DNA of 64,000 nt from Histomonas meleagridis 2922-C6/04-290x (Eukaryota; Protista; Parabasalia), in the NCBI GenBank assembly GCA_020184695.1, contig JAANOX010000074.1:6417-70416 (forward strand). The letters are read 5' to 3'. This document shows, one piece after another, positions 1 to 10,779 of the stretch (position 1 is its first letter; every line of letters starts with the position of its first letter). A program made the translations under genes and the position numbers. The notes below the pieces were generated by a model. The model made no database searches. It was not told the origin of the DNA and saw nothing but the letters and a program-made list of their open reading frames with translations.

Positions 1-3000
1 AAATTAATGTATTATTCGAATGATTTATTATCGAATAATTTAACAAAAAAGTTTTTTTAAGTCCATTTTTATTATATATATTAATTTCATTATTTTTTAT
101 TATTATCAAAGAATCATTTAATAGAAAATATTTCGAATCTTTAGATATAAAAACAGATTTAAATTTCGAAAGTTTTTGTAATCTATTATTTAATAAAGAA
201 AAGAAACGAATTGTATTCATATTCGTAATTATGATTAAAATGATTTCATTATTATTATTATTTGGGATTATGAATGATTTAATAATTTTCTTTCTTAAGT
301 TTAAATGATATTGTAAACGTTTAATAGACTTAGAAACGAATTTATTTCCATGTAATTTATTAAACAAAATTTTATGCATTAAAGGTTTCGAATTTATACC
401 AAAAACAGAATCAATCCAATTCGGTAATTGTGAAGATATCTCAGAAGATTCGAGAATTTTACGATGCATATACACAAAATGAAACATTGTCGGAGCCCAT
501 TTCGGTAATTTGCCTTTAATTATTTCGGGCATATAAAAATATTCGGGCGCTAACGATTTATCATTTATTACATTCTCAATATCAATTGAATGTAAATCAA
601 TTTTCGGATTTGATATTGAAGCTTTAATATTCGTTTTAGGTTTATAGACATCAAATGATGAAATTACTGATGGAAATATTGGATATATATCAGGATTGTT
701 TAATGTACGTCCTGAAAACAAATTTAATAACATAATATATTCGAAATTAGATTGTAATGAACGTGTCCAATTTTGGAAAAATTGTTTTGGTGTTATATTT
801 ATTAATTGACAAATCTTTTTAGTCGAAGTTGGTGAAAAATCAATTAAAAATGATTTTCCTGACTTACAAAATATCTCTAGAAAAGAAGGCTGAGCTTTCT
901 TTAATATCATTTCAATGTCTTTTATTTGGATAATATCACAATTAAATTTATGTAAAAGTTGAATCTTTTGTGAGTCCAAAATAAATTTACATTCTTTAAT
1001 TGTTGAGAATGTATATAATATACATTTTTGTTCATATATTATATTATTATTCTCATCAAATTGATAATGTTGATGGAAATTCTTTAATTTAAGTTTTGGT
1101 TGTGTGTAATATTGACAAAATGTATAATCTCTAAGTAATGTGGAATTAGTTTTAATAATTTTAGAATTGTTTTGGAATTTCATTAAGTTAATTGTTGATG
1201 CAATTTTTTCTGTTTGAAGTTTCTCAAGAAAATGTTTTGCGAAATTAATTTTTCGTATTGTTTCTGCTTTAAAATCTTCGAAATTTGTCACGAATTTAGT
1301 TCGAAAGGTATTAAACATTTGATCGATGATTTGATCAATTTCATTTATGAATTTAATTTCTTGTGAATTATTTTTATTAAGTAAAAACTCAATTATCATT
1401 TGGATGTTTAAAGTTTTATTTGTTTGTTTTTGTTGTGCAAATTGTAAACATAATCTCATTAAGTTTATATCTTTATAAGTTTTGTTTTCTGTTAAAGTTA
1501 ATTGAAATTTATGTTTTAATTGATTAATATCATATTGTGTTATATTATAAAGTTGTTCAATGTTATTAAAAACAAATAAATTATTTTGTTTTTGATCATT
1601 TTTAATTATTTCATCACAAAACAAAGAATTATTATATTCTTTAATTAATTCATTTGTATAATTTGTTGAATATAAATGAAAGAAAACATTCTCGGCACAA
1701 TTTATACAACATTCTTGTGATAACGAAGTTTGTTTTTTATTAATTATAGCAAAAATATTATTTAAGAACTTATAAATTAAATCATTGTTATTCGAAAATA
1801 ATGATAAAAAATTAACAATTTTTGATATACTATTCATTTCATTAATAGCAAAATGTGCTAAGAATATACAAACATGATGTTTATATATTTCATCTACATT
1901 AAAACATAAAGTTATTGGCCATACAAACCAATCTTTACATAAATAAATATCTTTATTAATTAATTTCGGCAATTTTTCCGAAATTTTTTCTTTGCTTTCT
2001 TTTGATATTTCATTAGCTAATATACATAATAATATATAAAGATTTGGATAAAGTTTAATTTTCGTTAACAATGAATTAAATAATTGTTTTTTAATATTAT
2101 TATTAATCATATCATAAATTACATAACTATAAGTATGGAATAAATTTGGTACTAATTCATGAATTGTTATTATTAATGGTTCATAAATATCTGAATCAGA
2201 AAACTCTAATAATTTAAATAATGGAACAATTTGATTTGAAATTGTTGGAATTGTTTTTAATTTAGATGAAATTATATTAATGATATCAAGTAATGAAAAT
2301 ATTTGTTCTTTTATAGTACAAGAAGCACATTCTTGGAATAAGTCAATTATATCATTATCATCCAAATAAATTAATGCAAGTTTCTTTAATATGATAATAT
2401 ATAATTTCTTAATATTATCATTAAATTTAGAATAATTATTTAAATAATCACTTAAAAATAACTTAAAATATGATTTATTTTTTAAATGTTTTAAATTCTG
2501 TGGTATAATTTCAATGGAATATAAAAGTAATATTTTAGAAAACGTAGTTATATTACTTTGTGACCATAAAAGACAATTAAATATTAATTGATCGAACCAT
2601 TCGATTTTAAGGTTTTCATATGTTATTACATCATAAATCATTAATAATGAATGGAATAAATAATAATCTAAAAGTTCAGGTGAATTTAATAAATATTGAT
2701 ATAATTCTTTTGTATATTCAAATGTTAATTGTGCTTCTTCATTATAAATTAATAATTCTTTTAATATAGTGAATACACATCGTGAAGTTTCTTTTGTAAT
2801 ATTTTTAGGTTCTTTAAAGAATTCGATAAATGTTTTAATACATTTACATTCTATAATTGCTAAAGGTAATGATTTAATTGAATGGATTTCATTATTAGTT
2901 TTAATTGTTTGTAAATCAAAAATATAATTATTACTTAAATTTGATTCTTTAAAGTTTTTAACATTATAACTTTCCGGATAAATTTTTATATCACCAATTA

Positions 3001-5986
3001 ATCCAAAAATTCGATTTTTATATTTATTTTCTTTATTATTTACATTAATACCACCAATTATTAAATTAATGTTATTTTTCAAATGAATTGGACAAAAATC
3101 AGAATCAGCTTTTAAATTATTATTTAAAAACGTTGTTAAAGTTACAGAGTTTTCATTAACTGTTTTTACATTTATCATTACTGTTGTCCATTTATCCCAA
3201 CGAAAACAATCACAAAGTCGAACAATTGTTCTTAAACTTGAATACTCATATTTTGCATATAAAGAGTTTAAACATAAAAACAATGAAAACGATGTATTAT
3301 TAGAACTTTCTAATGAAAGAACTTGTATAAGAGAATTATTTAATGATAATATATTAGTGTCAACTTTTAATATGAATTTTATTAAAAACCCATTATTATT
3401 ATTAAAACAATTCTTTGGTAATGTTGTTTGATAAATCGGTTCATTTTTACCAATTGGATAATAAATTTTTGGGTTAATATTACTTTCAATTAATGTTGAC
3501 GTCAAAAAGTTTAAATAAGTTTTTATATATTTCGATTTAACTGCTGAAAATATTAATGAACAAAATTCTGATGCTGATGGATAATTAGAGATAACATCAC
3601 ATATTAATGAAAGAAATGGAAATATTAATGTCTCATAATATGTATCAGGTAAAATTAATTGGATTTTACATCCACAGAAGAAAAATTCGCATTTTTCTTT
3701 TTGTGATTCAATGATTTTTAACATAAATAAATCAAATGAACCTTCATGAAATGCCATAATATTATGTAATGAATATTTAGCTAATTTATAAAAATGTTTT
3801 AATATTTTTGGAAACATTTTTGTGATTCCATAAATAGAACTAATTAATGTAATAAATGAAGGCGTTTCTATAGGATATAAATCATCAAATGTTGTTAAAG
3901 TAGAACCATTAATTAAATTCATGAAATTTGGTAATAATTTAATTTTAGTTTCTTCTTCAAATTCATTAAATATGTTAAAAATTGATTTAAATTCCAAAAA
4001 ATTAAGTTGATAATTTAATGTAATTCTTGAAACATATGATAAAATTGTTAATTCTGAAGCGATAACAGATATATCAGGTGTTTTAAATATGAATTCTAAT
4101 ATATATTTAGATAAAGGTTTTAATGCATAAGTGAAAATTGGATTTGATTTCATTATTTCTATAAATGATGAAGATATTAAACGAATAATTTTTAAATAAT
4201 TTTCATCATCATTAAATTGTATACATTTTTTAATTATAAATTTGAAAAAATTAATAAATGGATTTAATTTATCAATTTCTTTCTTCTTAAATTTTGATGA
4301 AATACTTAATTCTTTTATAATCTCAAATATTATATTCGATAATTCATCTTCCATGAAATAAGGAAAGAATAAATTAACAAAAGCTTCTGATGAAATACAT
4401 TTTTTAGGATTTCTTCTTGAGATTATACACACAAACAAAAAAATCGTATTTCTTGCTTCAATTATTAACTTATTATTATTTTCGATATTCATTTTTTGTA
4501 ATTTAAATGAAGTTCCTAAAATACTTGCTAAAATAGAATCATCCAAAAAGTAATCAAATATATTATTATCATTTATACATAAATAAATTCTTCCAATTGT
4601 TTCCGCAAATAAAATTGGCTTTTGTTCCATCTTAAAAAACAAATTTGGTATTAATGTAATTTTATCATGAATTAATTTTTTAATAATATCATTTCGAAAT
4701 TGATTAATGATTGGATCAATTGAATCATTAAACAAATTCATTTTATAATCAAAAATTATCGATTGAATAATCAAATCGAAAAATGATTCTGATAAATTAG
4801 GAAAATCCCAAATAATTTGAAGTATAACTTCAATGAAATCTAAATTATTTAAATTATTTGAAAATTCTTCATAAAGTGATTTTTTAAGTGCATCGAATTG
4901 TTGTTCATTTAATGTTTTCATTGTTTTAGATAATAAATTTGTAGCTCTTTGTACTTCTTCTGATAACATTAAAAAAAGATTTATTTGTTTCCCATAAAAT
5001 GATAAATTTAATTGTCGTAAACCATTTGGAAATGAAGAAAATTTCTTTTTAACATATACATAATCAAATGCATATGTTGGTTGATTATATATTAATGAAC
5101 AATCATCAGTTATTTCTTTTTGTGTTATGTTTAATGATTGTGGAAATTTGGAAATATATTCCAACAAATATTTCGGAAAATTTGTTATTTCATTTATTAA
5201 AAATTTCGTTTCTTTGTAGTTTGACATTGGCTTAATGATCATAAATGCATCTTTATTAAATTCTTTAAAATATGGTCGAATTATTTTAAAGATTTGTGAT
5301 AAGTCTTGATCATTGAAAATTTGACTTCGATTCGTTAAAAGTTTTTCAATGAGCTCAAGAATATTTTTGGACCATTGTGGACATTTCAAGACAATTTTAC
5401 AAAAGGCTACAAGATATGGGAATGTATATGACGGAAGTTTGGTGTTAAGATTAAAGTGTGTGATTACAGTTGCAATGGAATGATTATCCCATTGAAATGA
5501 ATTATCATTTAACGCACGTGTAAGTACATTTAGAAATAAAAATGTTATCGGGTAAACATAAGGACATTTTAAGCATAATGTGATGGATGTGATTAAACAT
5601 GAAAACATTTCGGAATTTAATTCCTTGTTGTTGTTTTCGGATTCGGTACAAAATAAAAATGATATAATTTGAAAGTATACAAAATAAGCAAACTGATTCG
5701 AAAAGTTGGAATTAACTGTATTATCTTGGAGACTTTGAATATTAAAAGAATACTTGAAATGAATATTTTGTAGCGCTTTCTCAATTGGAACATTTCGCGT
5801 AATTTCATTTCTGAAATTATAAATCACATTTTTTTCGTAAACAGGAATTTGTTGAATTAAATCAAAATCTTCTTGATGGAGATTTTGAGATGAATTTGTC
5901 ATAAATTCGTGGAATGATGAAAATAAGTGAACCAATGGGTGAACTGCATTTCCAAGATCTGAAAAACGCTCAATGTCTCCCCACAT
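1..5986 (-). CDS. Large BEACH-domain (Beige/BEACH) protein, 3'-partial (runs off left edge), ~1995 codons in window
   Basis: Manual translation of the minus strand gives one open frame from ATG 5986 (MWGDIERFSDLGNAVHPL...) to position 1. It contains the BEACH motifs SNFEYIMLLNLFSGRTLNNPDIYPIFP, PEYFYMPE and LPKWA...HRKILESSEISSQLPNWIDSVFG (~398-751). Absent from the ORF track, presumably because no stop lies inside the window. Confidence 0.85.
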   Translation of the reverse strand, partial: MWGDIERFSDLGNAVHPLVHLFSSFHEFMTNSSQNLHQEDFDLIQQIPVYEKNVIYNFRNEITRNVPIEKALQNIHFKYSFNIQSLQDNTVNSNFSNQFAYFVYFQIISFLFCTESENNNKELNSEMFSCLITSITLCLKCPYVYPITFLFLNVLTRALNDNSFQWDNHSIATVITHFNLNTKLPSYTFPYLVAFCKIVLKCPQWSKNILELIEKLLTNRSQIFNDQDLSQIFKIIRPYFKEFNKDAFMIIKPMSNYKETKFLINEITNFPKYLLEYISKFPQSLNITQKEITDDCSLIYNQPTYAFDYVYVKKKFSSFPNGLRQLNLSFYGKQINLFLMLSEEVQRATNLLSKTMKTLNEQQFDALKKSLYEEFSNNLNNLDFIEVILQIIWDFPNLSESFFDLIIQSIIFDYKMNLFNDSIDPIINQFRNDIIKKLIHDKITLIPNLFFKMEQKPILFAETIGRIYLCINDNNIFDYFLDDSILASILGTSFKLQKMNIENNNKLIIEARNTIFLFVCIISRRNPKKCISSEAFVNLFFPYFMEDELSNIIFEIIKELSISSKFKKKEIDKLNPFINFFKFIIKKCIQFNDDENYLKIIRLISSSFIEIMKSNPIFTYALKPLSKYILEFIFKTPDISVIASELTILSYVSRITLNYQLNFLEFKSIFNIFNEFEEETKIKLLPNFMNLINGSTLTTFDDLYPIETPSFITLISSIYGITKMFPKILKHFYKLAKYSLHNIMAFHEGSFDLFMLKIIESQKEKCEFFFCGCKIQLILPDTYYETLIFPFLSLICDVISNYPSASEFCSLIFSAVKSKYIKTYLNFLTSTLIESNINPKIYYPIGKNEPIYQTTLPKNCFNNNNGFLIKFILKVDTNILSLNNSLIQVLSLESSNNTSFSLFLCLNSLYAKYEYSSLRTIVRLCDCFRWDKWTTVMINVKTVNENSVTLTTFLNNNLKADSDFCPIHLKNNINLIIGGINVNNKENKYKNRIFGLIGDIKIYPESYNVKNFKESNLSNNYIFDLQTIKTNNEIHSIKSLPLAIIECKCIKTFIEFFKEPKNITKETSRCVFTILKELLIYNEEAQLTFEYTKELYQYLLNSPELLDYYLFHSLLMIYDVITYENLKIEWFDQLIFNCLLWSQSNITTFSKILLLYSIEIIPQNLKHLKNKSYFKLFLSDYLNNYSKFNDNIKKLYIIILKKLALIYLDDNDIIDLFQECASCTIKEQIFSLLDIINIISSKLKTIPTISNQIVPLFKLLEFSDSDIYEPLIITIHELVPNLFHTYSYVIYDMINNNIKKQLFNSLLTKIKLYPNLYILLCILANEISKESKEKISEKLPKLINKDIYLCKDWFVWPITLCFNVDEIYKHHVCIFLAHFAINEMNSISKIVNFLSLFSNNNDLIYKFLNNIFAIINKKQTSLSQECCINCAENVFFHLYSTNYTNELIKEYNNSLFCDEIIKNDQKQNNLFVFNNIEQLYNITQYDINQLKHKFQLTLTENKTYKDINLMRLCLQFAQQKQTNKTLNIQMIIEFLLNKNNSQEIKFINEIDQIIDQMFNTFRTKFVTNFEDFKAETIRKINFAKHFLEKLQTEKIASTINLMKFQNNSKIIKTNSTLLRDYTFCQYYTQPKLKLKNFHQHYQFDENNNIIYEQKCILYTFSTIKECKFILDSQKIQLLHKFNCDIIQIKDIEMILKKAQPSFLEIFCKSGKSFLIDFSPTSTKKICQLINITPKQFFQNWTRSLQSNFEYIMLLNLFSGRTLNNPDIYPIFPSVISSFDVYKPKTNIKASISNPKIDLHSIDIENVINDKSLAPEYFYMPEIIKGKLPKWAPTMFHFVYMHRKILESSEISSQLPNWIDSVFGINSKPLMHKILFNKLHGNKFVSKSIKRLQYHLNLRKKIIKSFIIPNNNNNEIILIIITNMNTIRFFSLLNNRLQKLSKFKSVFISKDSKYFLLNDSLIIIKNNEINIYNKNGLKKTFLLNYSIINHSNNTLI

Positions 5987-6439
5987 GAGCAACGATTGAA
6001 ATTGAATGTTGACAAGTGTTGTCAACAAATAATTTTATTGGTTTACATTTGCCTAAAATTTGAGGGAGCATTGTGATGTAAAAAACGGACGTTTAAAAAA
6101 ATTATAATTGCACAAAGTTAAAAATGGTTTAATGATGGAAATTTCTCGAAACTTCTACCATAGATAGGACTCTATATCTATGAACACATTTTTTTTGGGA
6201 TTTCTTCATTACATTTTGGAGGAAAAGTGAAATTACGAAAAATGGAGCTCTGGTGATTTGTGTTGATGTTGTATAAATAAAACAATATTTTTATTTATGG
6301 CAATGTGGCCGTATATAACTTCACCTTTTAAAACCTAATGTAGAAAAAGTTTAGATTTTAAGGTGTTCTGCCCGAGTGAATGAATTATCATTTTTTATAG
6401 CAAAATGAAATTAATTTTAATTACATTTTGAAATAAAGA

Positions 6440-6930
6440 AAATTATGAAATTCCTTTAAATTTTGAAACTCGTATTCAATTTATGCATTATAATGTGGAA
6501 GTCAATGCTTGAAATCGGATATTTAATTCCAATTTCCATCAAGAAAAAGTTTTATTCTTCAAAATCCTATCGAAATTATAGAAAAACCTGTATCGGCAAT
6601 ATTAACGCGATACGTAGGTACGTACCCATTTCACTTCATCCCAATTTTTGATAAAGCAGGGTTCTGTAGGGTAATCGACGTCCATTATTTCATTTTTATG
6701 ATAACATTCTCCAACATAGAATGAATTATTGTTATTTGGATTTTTTAGGGAACAAATCATTGTACACTCGTTGATTGTTGGCTCATCACCGCTTGAGATT
6801 CTGGAATTTATCGAGTATGTACCATTATCTATGATATCATGAATAACTACTTCTTGGTCTTTCGAGCCCAACATATAAGTTCAGCCCAAAACCTCTGGGA
6901 AAATGAGCTTATAGAAATCTAAGCACTTAC
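6440..6930 (-). pseudogene. Degraded coding remnant of unknown family
   Basis: 90-aa ORF 6602-6874 with protein-like sequence continuing in other frames on both sides, interrupted by stops and frameshifts. Confidence 0.3.
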
Positions 6931-7012
6931 TATAGTGTTCAAATTATAATTTTTGTGTGCGAGCTCGATATATATCAAAAAGTGGACTTTTGACATTTCT
7001 CTTTGGAAACAT

Positions 7013-8790
7013 ATGGGAAATAGTTCCAGTAAAAAGAAAACGCAGGTAAATTTTGATCAATCACATAAATATATGCTCCCAAAATTTATGCAAGATTTAG
7101 AACATCTTGAAGAAGTTATTTTCGATTTGAGTGAAGATAATATTTTTGAATCTATCAATGCAACCATGAATATAATGACAAACGACGATATATCACTTTA
7201 CTCAAACTTAATTTTAAGTCAATTAATATATTCATCAATTGTTTCGCAAATGAAAGATTTTATATTATATATTGAATTCATGAAACAAATTGAAAACAAA
7301 GAAAAAGAAATTAATAAAAGTAAATGTGAACTGATTAATATTTAACTTTTTACTTGAACAAGAAGTGATTAATTTTAATATTATTTATTTGTTTTATTCG
7401 ATATTTATAATAATAATTTTCTATTTCAAAATAATATTTGGAAATTCTTCAAATTATTTACTAAAGCATTTATATATGCATCTTCAAATGGTCATATAGG
7501 TATAATAAAATTACTTCTTGAACAAAAAAGATTTGATATCAATGTTAATACCACCGATATTTATTTGTTTCATTCAAAATTTGTTTTAATTAAATTATAT
7601 TTCAAAATAATATTTGGAAATTCATTAATATACTTAGGAAAGCACTCATTTCGCCATATTTTAATGGTTATATTGAAATAGTTCAATTACTTCTTAAACA
7701 AATAGGAATTGATATTAATGTTGTCAATTATGTTTATTTGCTATATTTAAAATTTAAAGTAATAATTTGATATTTCAAAATAATATTTGGAAATTCATTA
7801 ATATATTTAGGACGATACTTATTTTAGCAACTTTAATTGGTGATTTTGAAATGGTAAAACTACTTCTTGAACAAGAAAGAATTAATGTTAATGCTAAAGA
7901 TGTTTATTTGTCTTATTTAAAATATATATTAATAATTTGATATTTCAAAATAATATATGGAAATTATTTATAATATTTAAAACATCACTCATGTATGCAT
8001 TAAAAAATGGTTATACAAATATAGCTAAATTACTTCTCAAACAATCAAGAACCGATGTCAATGCTAAAGATATTTAAATGCTTTATTAATTTATTTTAAT
8101 AACTTTGGTATGTTTCACAATAATATTTGGAAATTTTTCAAAATAATTAGGCCAGGACATATTTTAGAAACTTTAAATGGTAATTTTGAAATGGTAAAAT
8201 TACTTCTTGAACAAGAAGGATTTGACATTAATGCTAAAGATATTTAAATGCTTTATTTATAATATGTTTTAATAAATTTATATTTCAAAATAATATTTGG
8301 AAATTATTCAAATTATTTAAAACAGCACTTATGAAAGCATCTGAAAATGGTCACACTAAAATAGTTCAATTAATTCATAAAAAATTAGGAAAAGACACCA
8401 ATGATAAAGATATTTAAATGCTTTATTTTCACTTTATTTTAATAATTTAGTGTTTGAAAATAATATTTGAAAAATATTTCAAATATTTTATACAGCACTT
8501 ATGTAGGATTTAAAAATGGTCATATAAAAATATTTCTTTTTTACCAAGAAGGAATCGAAATTAATGCTAAAATTATTTTAATGCGATATTTAATATTTAT
8601 TTAAATAATTGAAAATTGTGTATTTATTTATATTATATGATAAAGCACATATGATTGCCTCTAGAAAAGCTCACAAAAATGGTTCAACTACTTCTTACAA
8701 AAAAGGATTTGATAATGATACTAAATCCTTTAATGCATAATAATTATTTAAATAATTTCATTTTTCAAAATAAAATTTCATGATTAAGAG
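7013..8790 (+). pseudogene. Ankyrin-array gene, locus A: truncated DUF3447-family head plus 8 spacer-separated ankyrin segments, decaying
   Basis: Head ORF 7013-7345 (MGNSSSKKK, N-myristoylation-like) resembles the N-termini of the heads at 28975 and 49709 but lacks the DUF3447 core. About 170-nt periodic TALxxA..G..EIVKLLLEQ..IDINAKD segments follow. Six are intact; segment 7 has TAG at 8504-8506 and segment 8 is frameshifted. Confidence 0.7.
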
Positions 8791-9017
8791 ATATAAACAA
8801 AATTTATTCGATTCGAATATGTTATTATAGTTTATGTGTATGATTAACATTCTTCTTTCAAAATTAACGAAAGAATTTATTAAAAATTAATCAATGAAGG
8901 AAACAATACATTATATGCAACTGAGGAAAAAGCAGTTTGACCTACAAAAACGTATTTCAAACAAACGAAACATAAAACGTGCGAAAATATTTGAAGTATC
9001 ATTAGCTTTACTCATGA

Positions 9018-10697
9018 TCAGTTCATTCCCATCATTTGTGCCTGCTGTGCCTGTGCCATTGCTGTATTTTCCTCCAATTTCTGTGTGACAGACTTCTTAT
9101 TTACCGGGTTTCCATTTTCATCTCTTTTGATTAGACCAGAGACAATATCATCGACTCTTAACAATGAAATTGCGCATTCGAAAGCGGTCTTATATACCTG
9201 CGACTTAACAGCTAATGTATCCCAAACATTAATCTTTCTCATGTCCTCAATTTCGCCAGTTAATCCATTGATGCCCATATAATATTTGTTTGGATCTTCG
9301 GAATGTATTGACCTTAATTTCGTAAGTACTTTCATTGGCGAAGCGCCGCAATTTTGTATCAATGTACGTGGAATAACTTCAAATGCTACTGCCGCTGCGC
9401 TGTATGCCATTTGTTCTATTGAGTCCAATTGTGCGCATTTCTTCCTTAATGCTGCTGACACTGATACTTCAGTAGCACCGCCGCCAGGTAATAGCGATGG
9501 CTCCTTAAGTAAATTCTTCGCAACTTTTAACGCGTCGTCCATAATACGGAACATTTCCAATAGTACATCCTTTGTTGGGCCGCGTAATAACATTGTGCAT
9601 GCTTTCGGATTCTCGCATTGATCAAAGACTGACCACCATTCGTCGCCAAACTTACGGCATTCGTATAATCCGCATTTTGTACCTAAATCAGATTCAACTG
9701 CTTCATGTGGATCTGAGACAATTGTCGCGCCACAACATAATGCGATTCGATCCAAATGTACTTTTTGGAATCTTCTTAATGCTGTGATTCCGGCCTCACT
9801 TAAGTAATGTAATGCCAAATCGCTGACGCCTTTTTCAGCTAACACTAAGTCACAGCCTGTTGCAATGACTGCGTCACAAAGGTCTTTGACTTGCGCTTCT
9901 TCTTCTGCTAATACATTTGCGTAATCATTTTCACCACTGATTTCTATGTTGGTAATACTTTCGCCTTTACGATATTCTAATCCACAATCGAGAATTAAAA
10001 TCTTTGGATGTTCAATACGACGACGCATGTTTGAATGTAAGACATCTTTGTTGATCATTGTGCCTTTCATAACATATGAATCTTCGATTTCTCCGCCCGG
10101 AATACGTTCAATTCGAAGGTTACGTTTAAGGTCAACGGTTCCGTCGTCGGTTTTGATCGTTCTGACAGCATCGAGCGCTAATTTCGCAATTAAGTCGGAC
10201 CATCTTGATAAGAACTTGGTGCCAATTGCGGATTTGATGATGCCAAGCATTTCGGCATCACTTGTATTGTCAATTGGTTTTTTGATTGTTTTAAGATGTT
10301 CAAGTGCATCATCAAGTGCTTTACGTAAACCTGAAATAAGAACATGTGGATGAATGCCATCTTTAACATGCTTCTCAAGAACAGAAAGAAGTTCGCCAGC
10401 AAGAACAACAACTGAAGTTGTACCATCACCAACTTCTTCATCTTGCCCACGTGCAAGTTCGATAATAGATTTAGCAGCAGGATGTCCAACATCAATTTCA
10501 CGAAGAATTGAGTTTCCATCATTTGTAATAACAAGTGTACCCATTGAATCAAGGATCATTTTAAGCATTGCTTGAGGTCCAAGACATGTACGAATAACAT
10601 CAGCTGTAGTTTTTGCTGCTGCTATACAGGATAGTTGAGCTTTGCGGCCTGTGTCCCTTTTTGTTGTTTGATTGAGTACAATAATCGGGGATTGCAT
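9018..10697 (-). CDS. CCT3: T-complex protein 1 subunit gamma (chaperonin CCT/TRiC)
   Basis: 559 aa; [22 protein letters not shown]-terminus, [20 protein letters not shown] and [13 protein letters not shown] motifs typical of CCT-gamma. Confidence 0.95.
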   Translation of the reverse strand: MQSPIIVLNQTTKRDTGRKAQLSCIAAAKTTADVIRTCLGPQAMLKMILDSMGTLVITNDGNSILREIDVGHPAAKSIIELARGQDEEVGDGTTSVVVLAGELLSVLEKHVKDGIHPHVLISGLRKALDDALEHLKTIKKPIDNTSDAEMLGIIKSAIGTKFLSRWSDLIAKLALDAVRTIKTDDGTVDLKRNLRIERIPGGEIEDSYVMKGTMINKDVLHSNMRRRIEHPKILILDCGLEYRKGESITNIEISGENDYANVLAEEEAQVKDLCDAVIATGCDLVLAEKGVSDLALHYLSEAGITALRRFQKVHLDRIALCCGATIVSDPHEAVESDLGTKCGLYECRKFGDEWWSVFDQCENPKACTMLLRGPTKDVLLEMFRIMDDALKVAKNLLKEPSLLPGGGATEVSVSAALRKKCAQLDSIEQMAYSAAAVAFEVIPRTLIQNCGASPMKVLTKLRSIHSEDPNKYYMGINGLTGEIEDMRKINVWDTLAVKSQVYKTAFECAISLLRVDDIVSGLIKRDENGNPVNKKSVTQKLEENTAMAQAQQAQMMGMN

Positions 10698-10779
10698 TGT
10701 GGCCAGACAATTATAGAAGGAAAATAAACGTTCTCTATTTACACAAAAAGTGATTCGTAAAAAGTGATGTTTTCAACAT
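10698..10779. promoter_or_regulatory. 82-bp bidirectional promoter between CCT3 and the WDR11-like gene
   Basis: Divergent starts 82 bp apart. Tandem AAAAAGTGA copies (~10745-10753 and ~10759-10767) resemble the Trichomonas M2 motif and are the reverse complement of an Inr-like TCACTTT. Confidence 0.55.

Noticed and set aside
7732-7811. Canonical GT-AG intron reading of the spacers (this one starts GTTTA and has TAG near its end)
   Set aside because: Most spacers start AT and lack a terminal AG; the AG here is part of a variable AGG codon; no ACTAAC branch motif is present; GT-AG removal would not keep frame.
9085-10575. Several plus-strand ORFs overlapping CCT3
   Set aside because: Antisense shadows of a conserved, more GC-rich gene; no independent coding signal.
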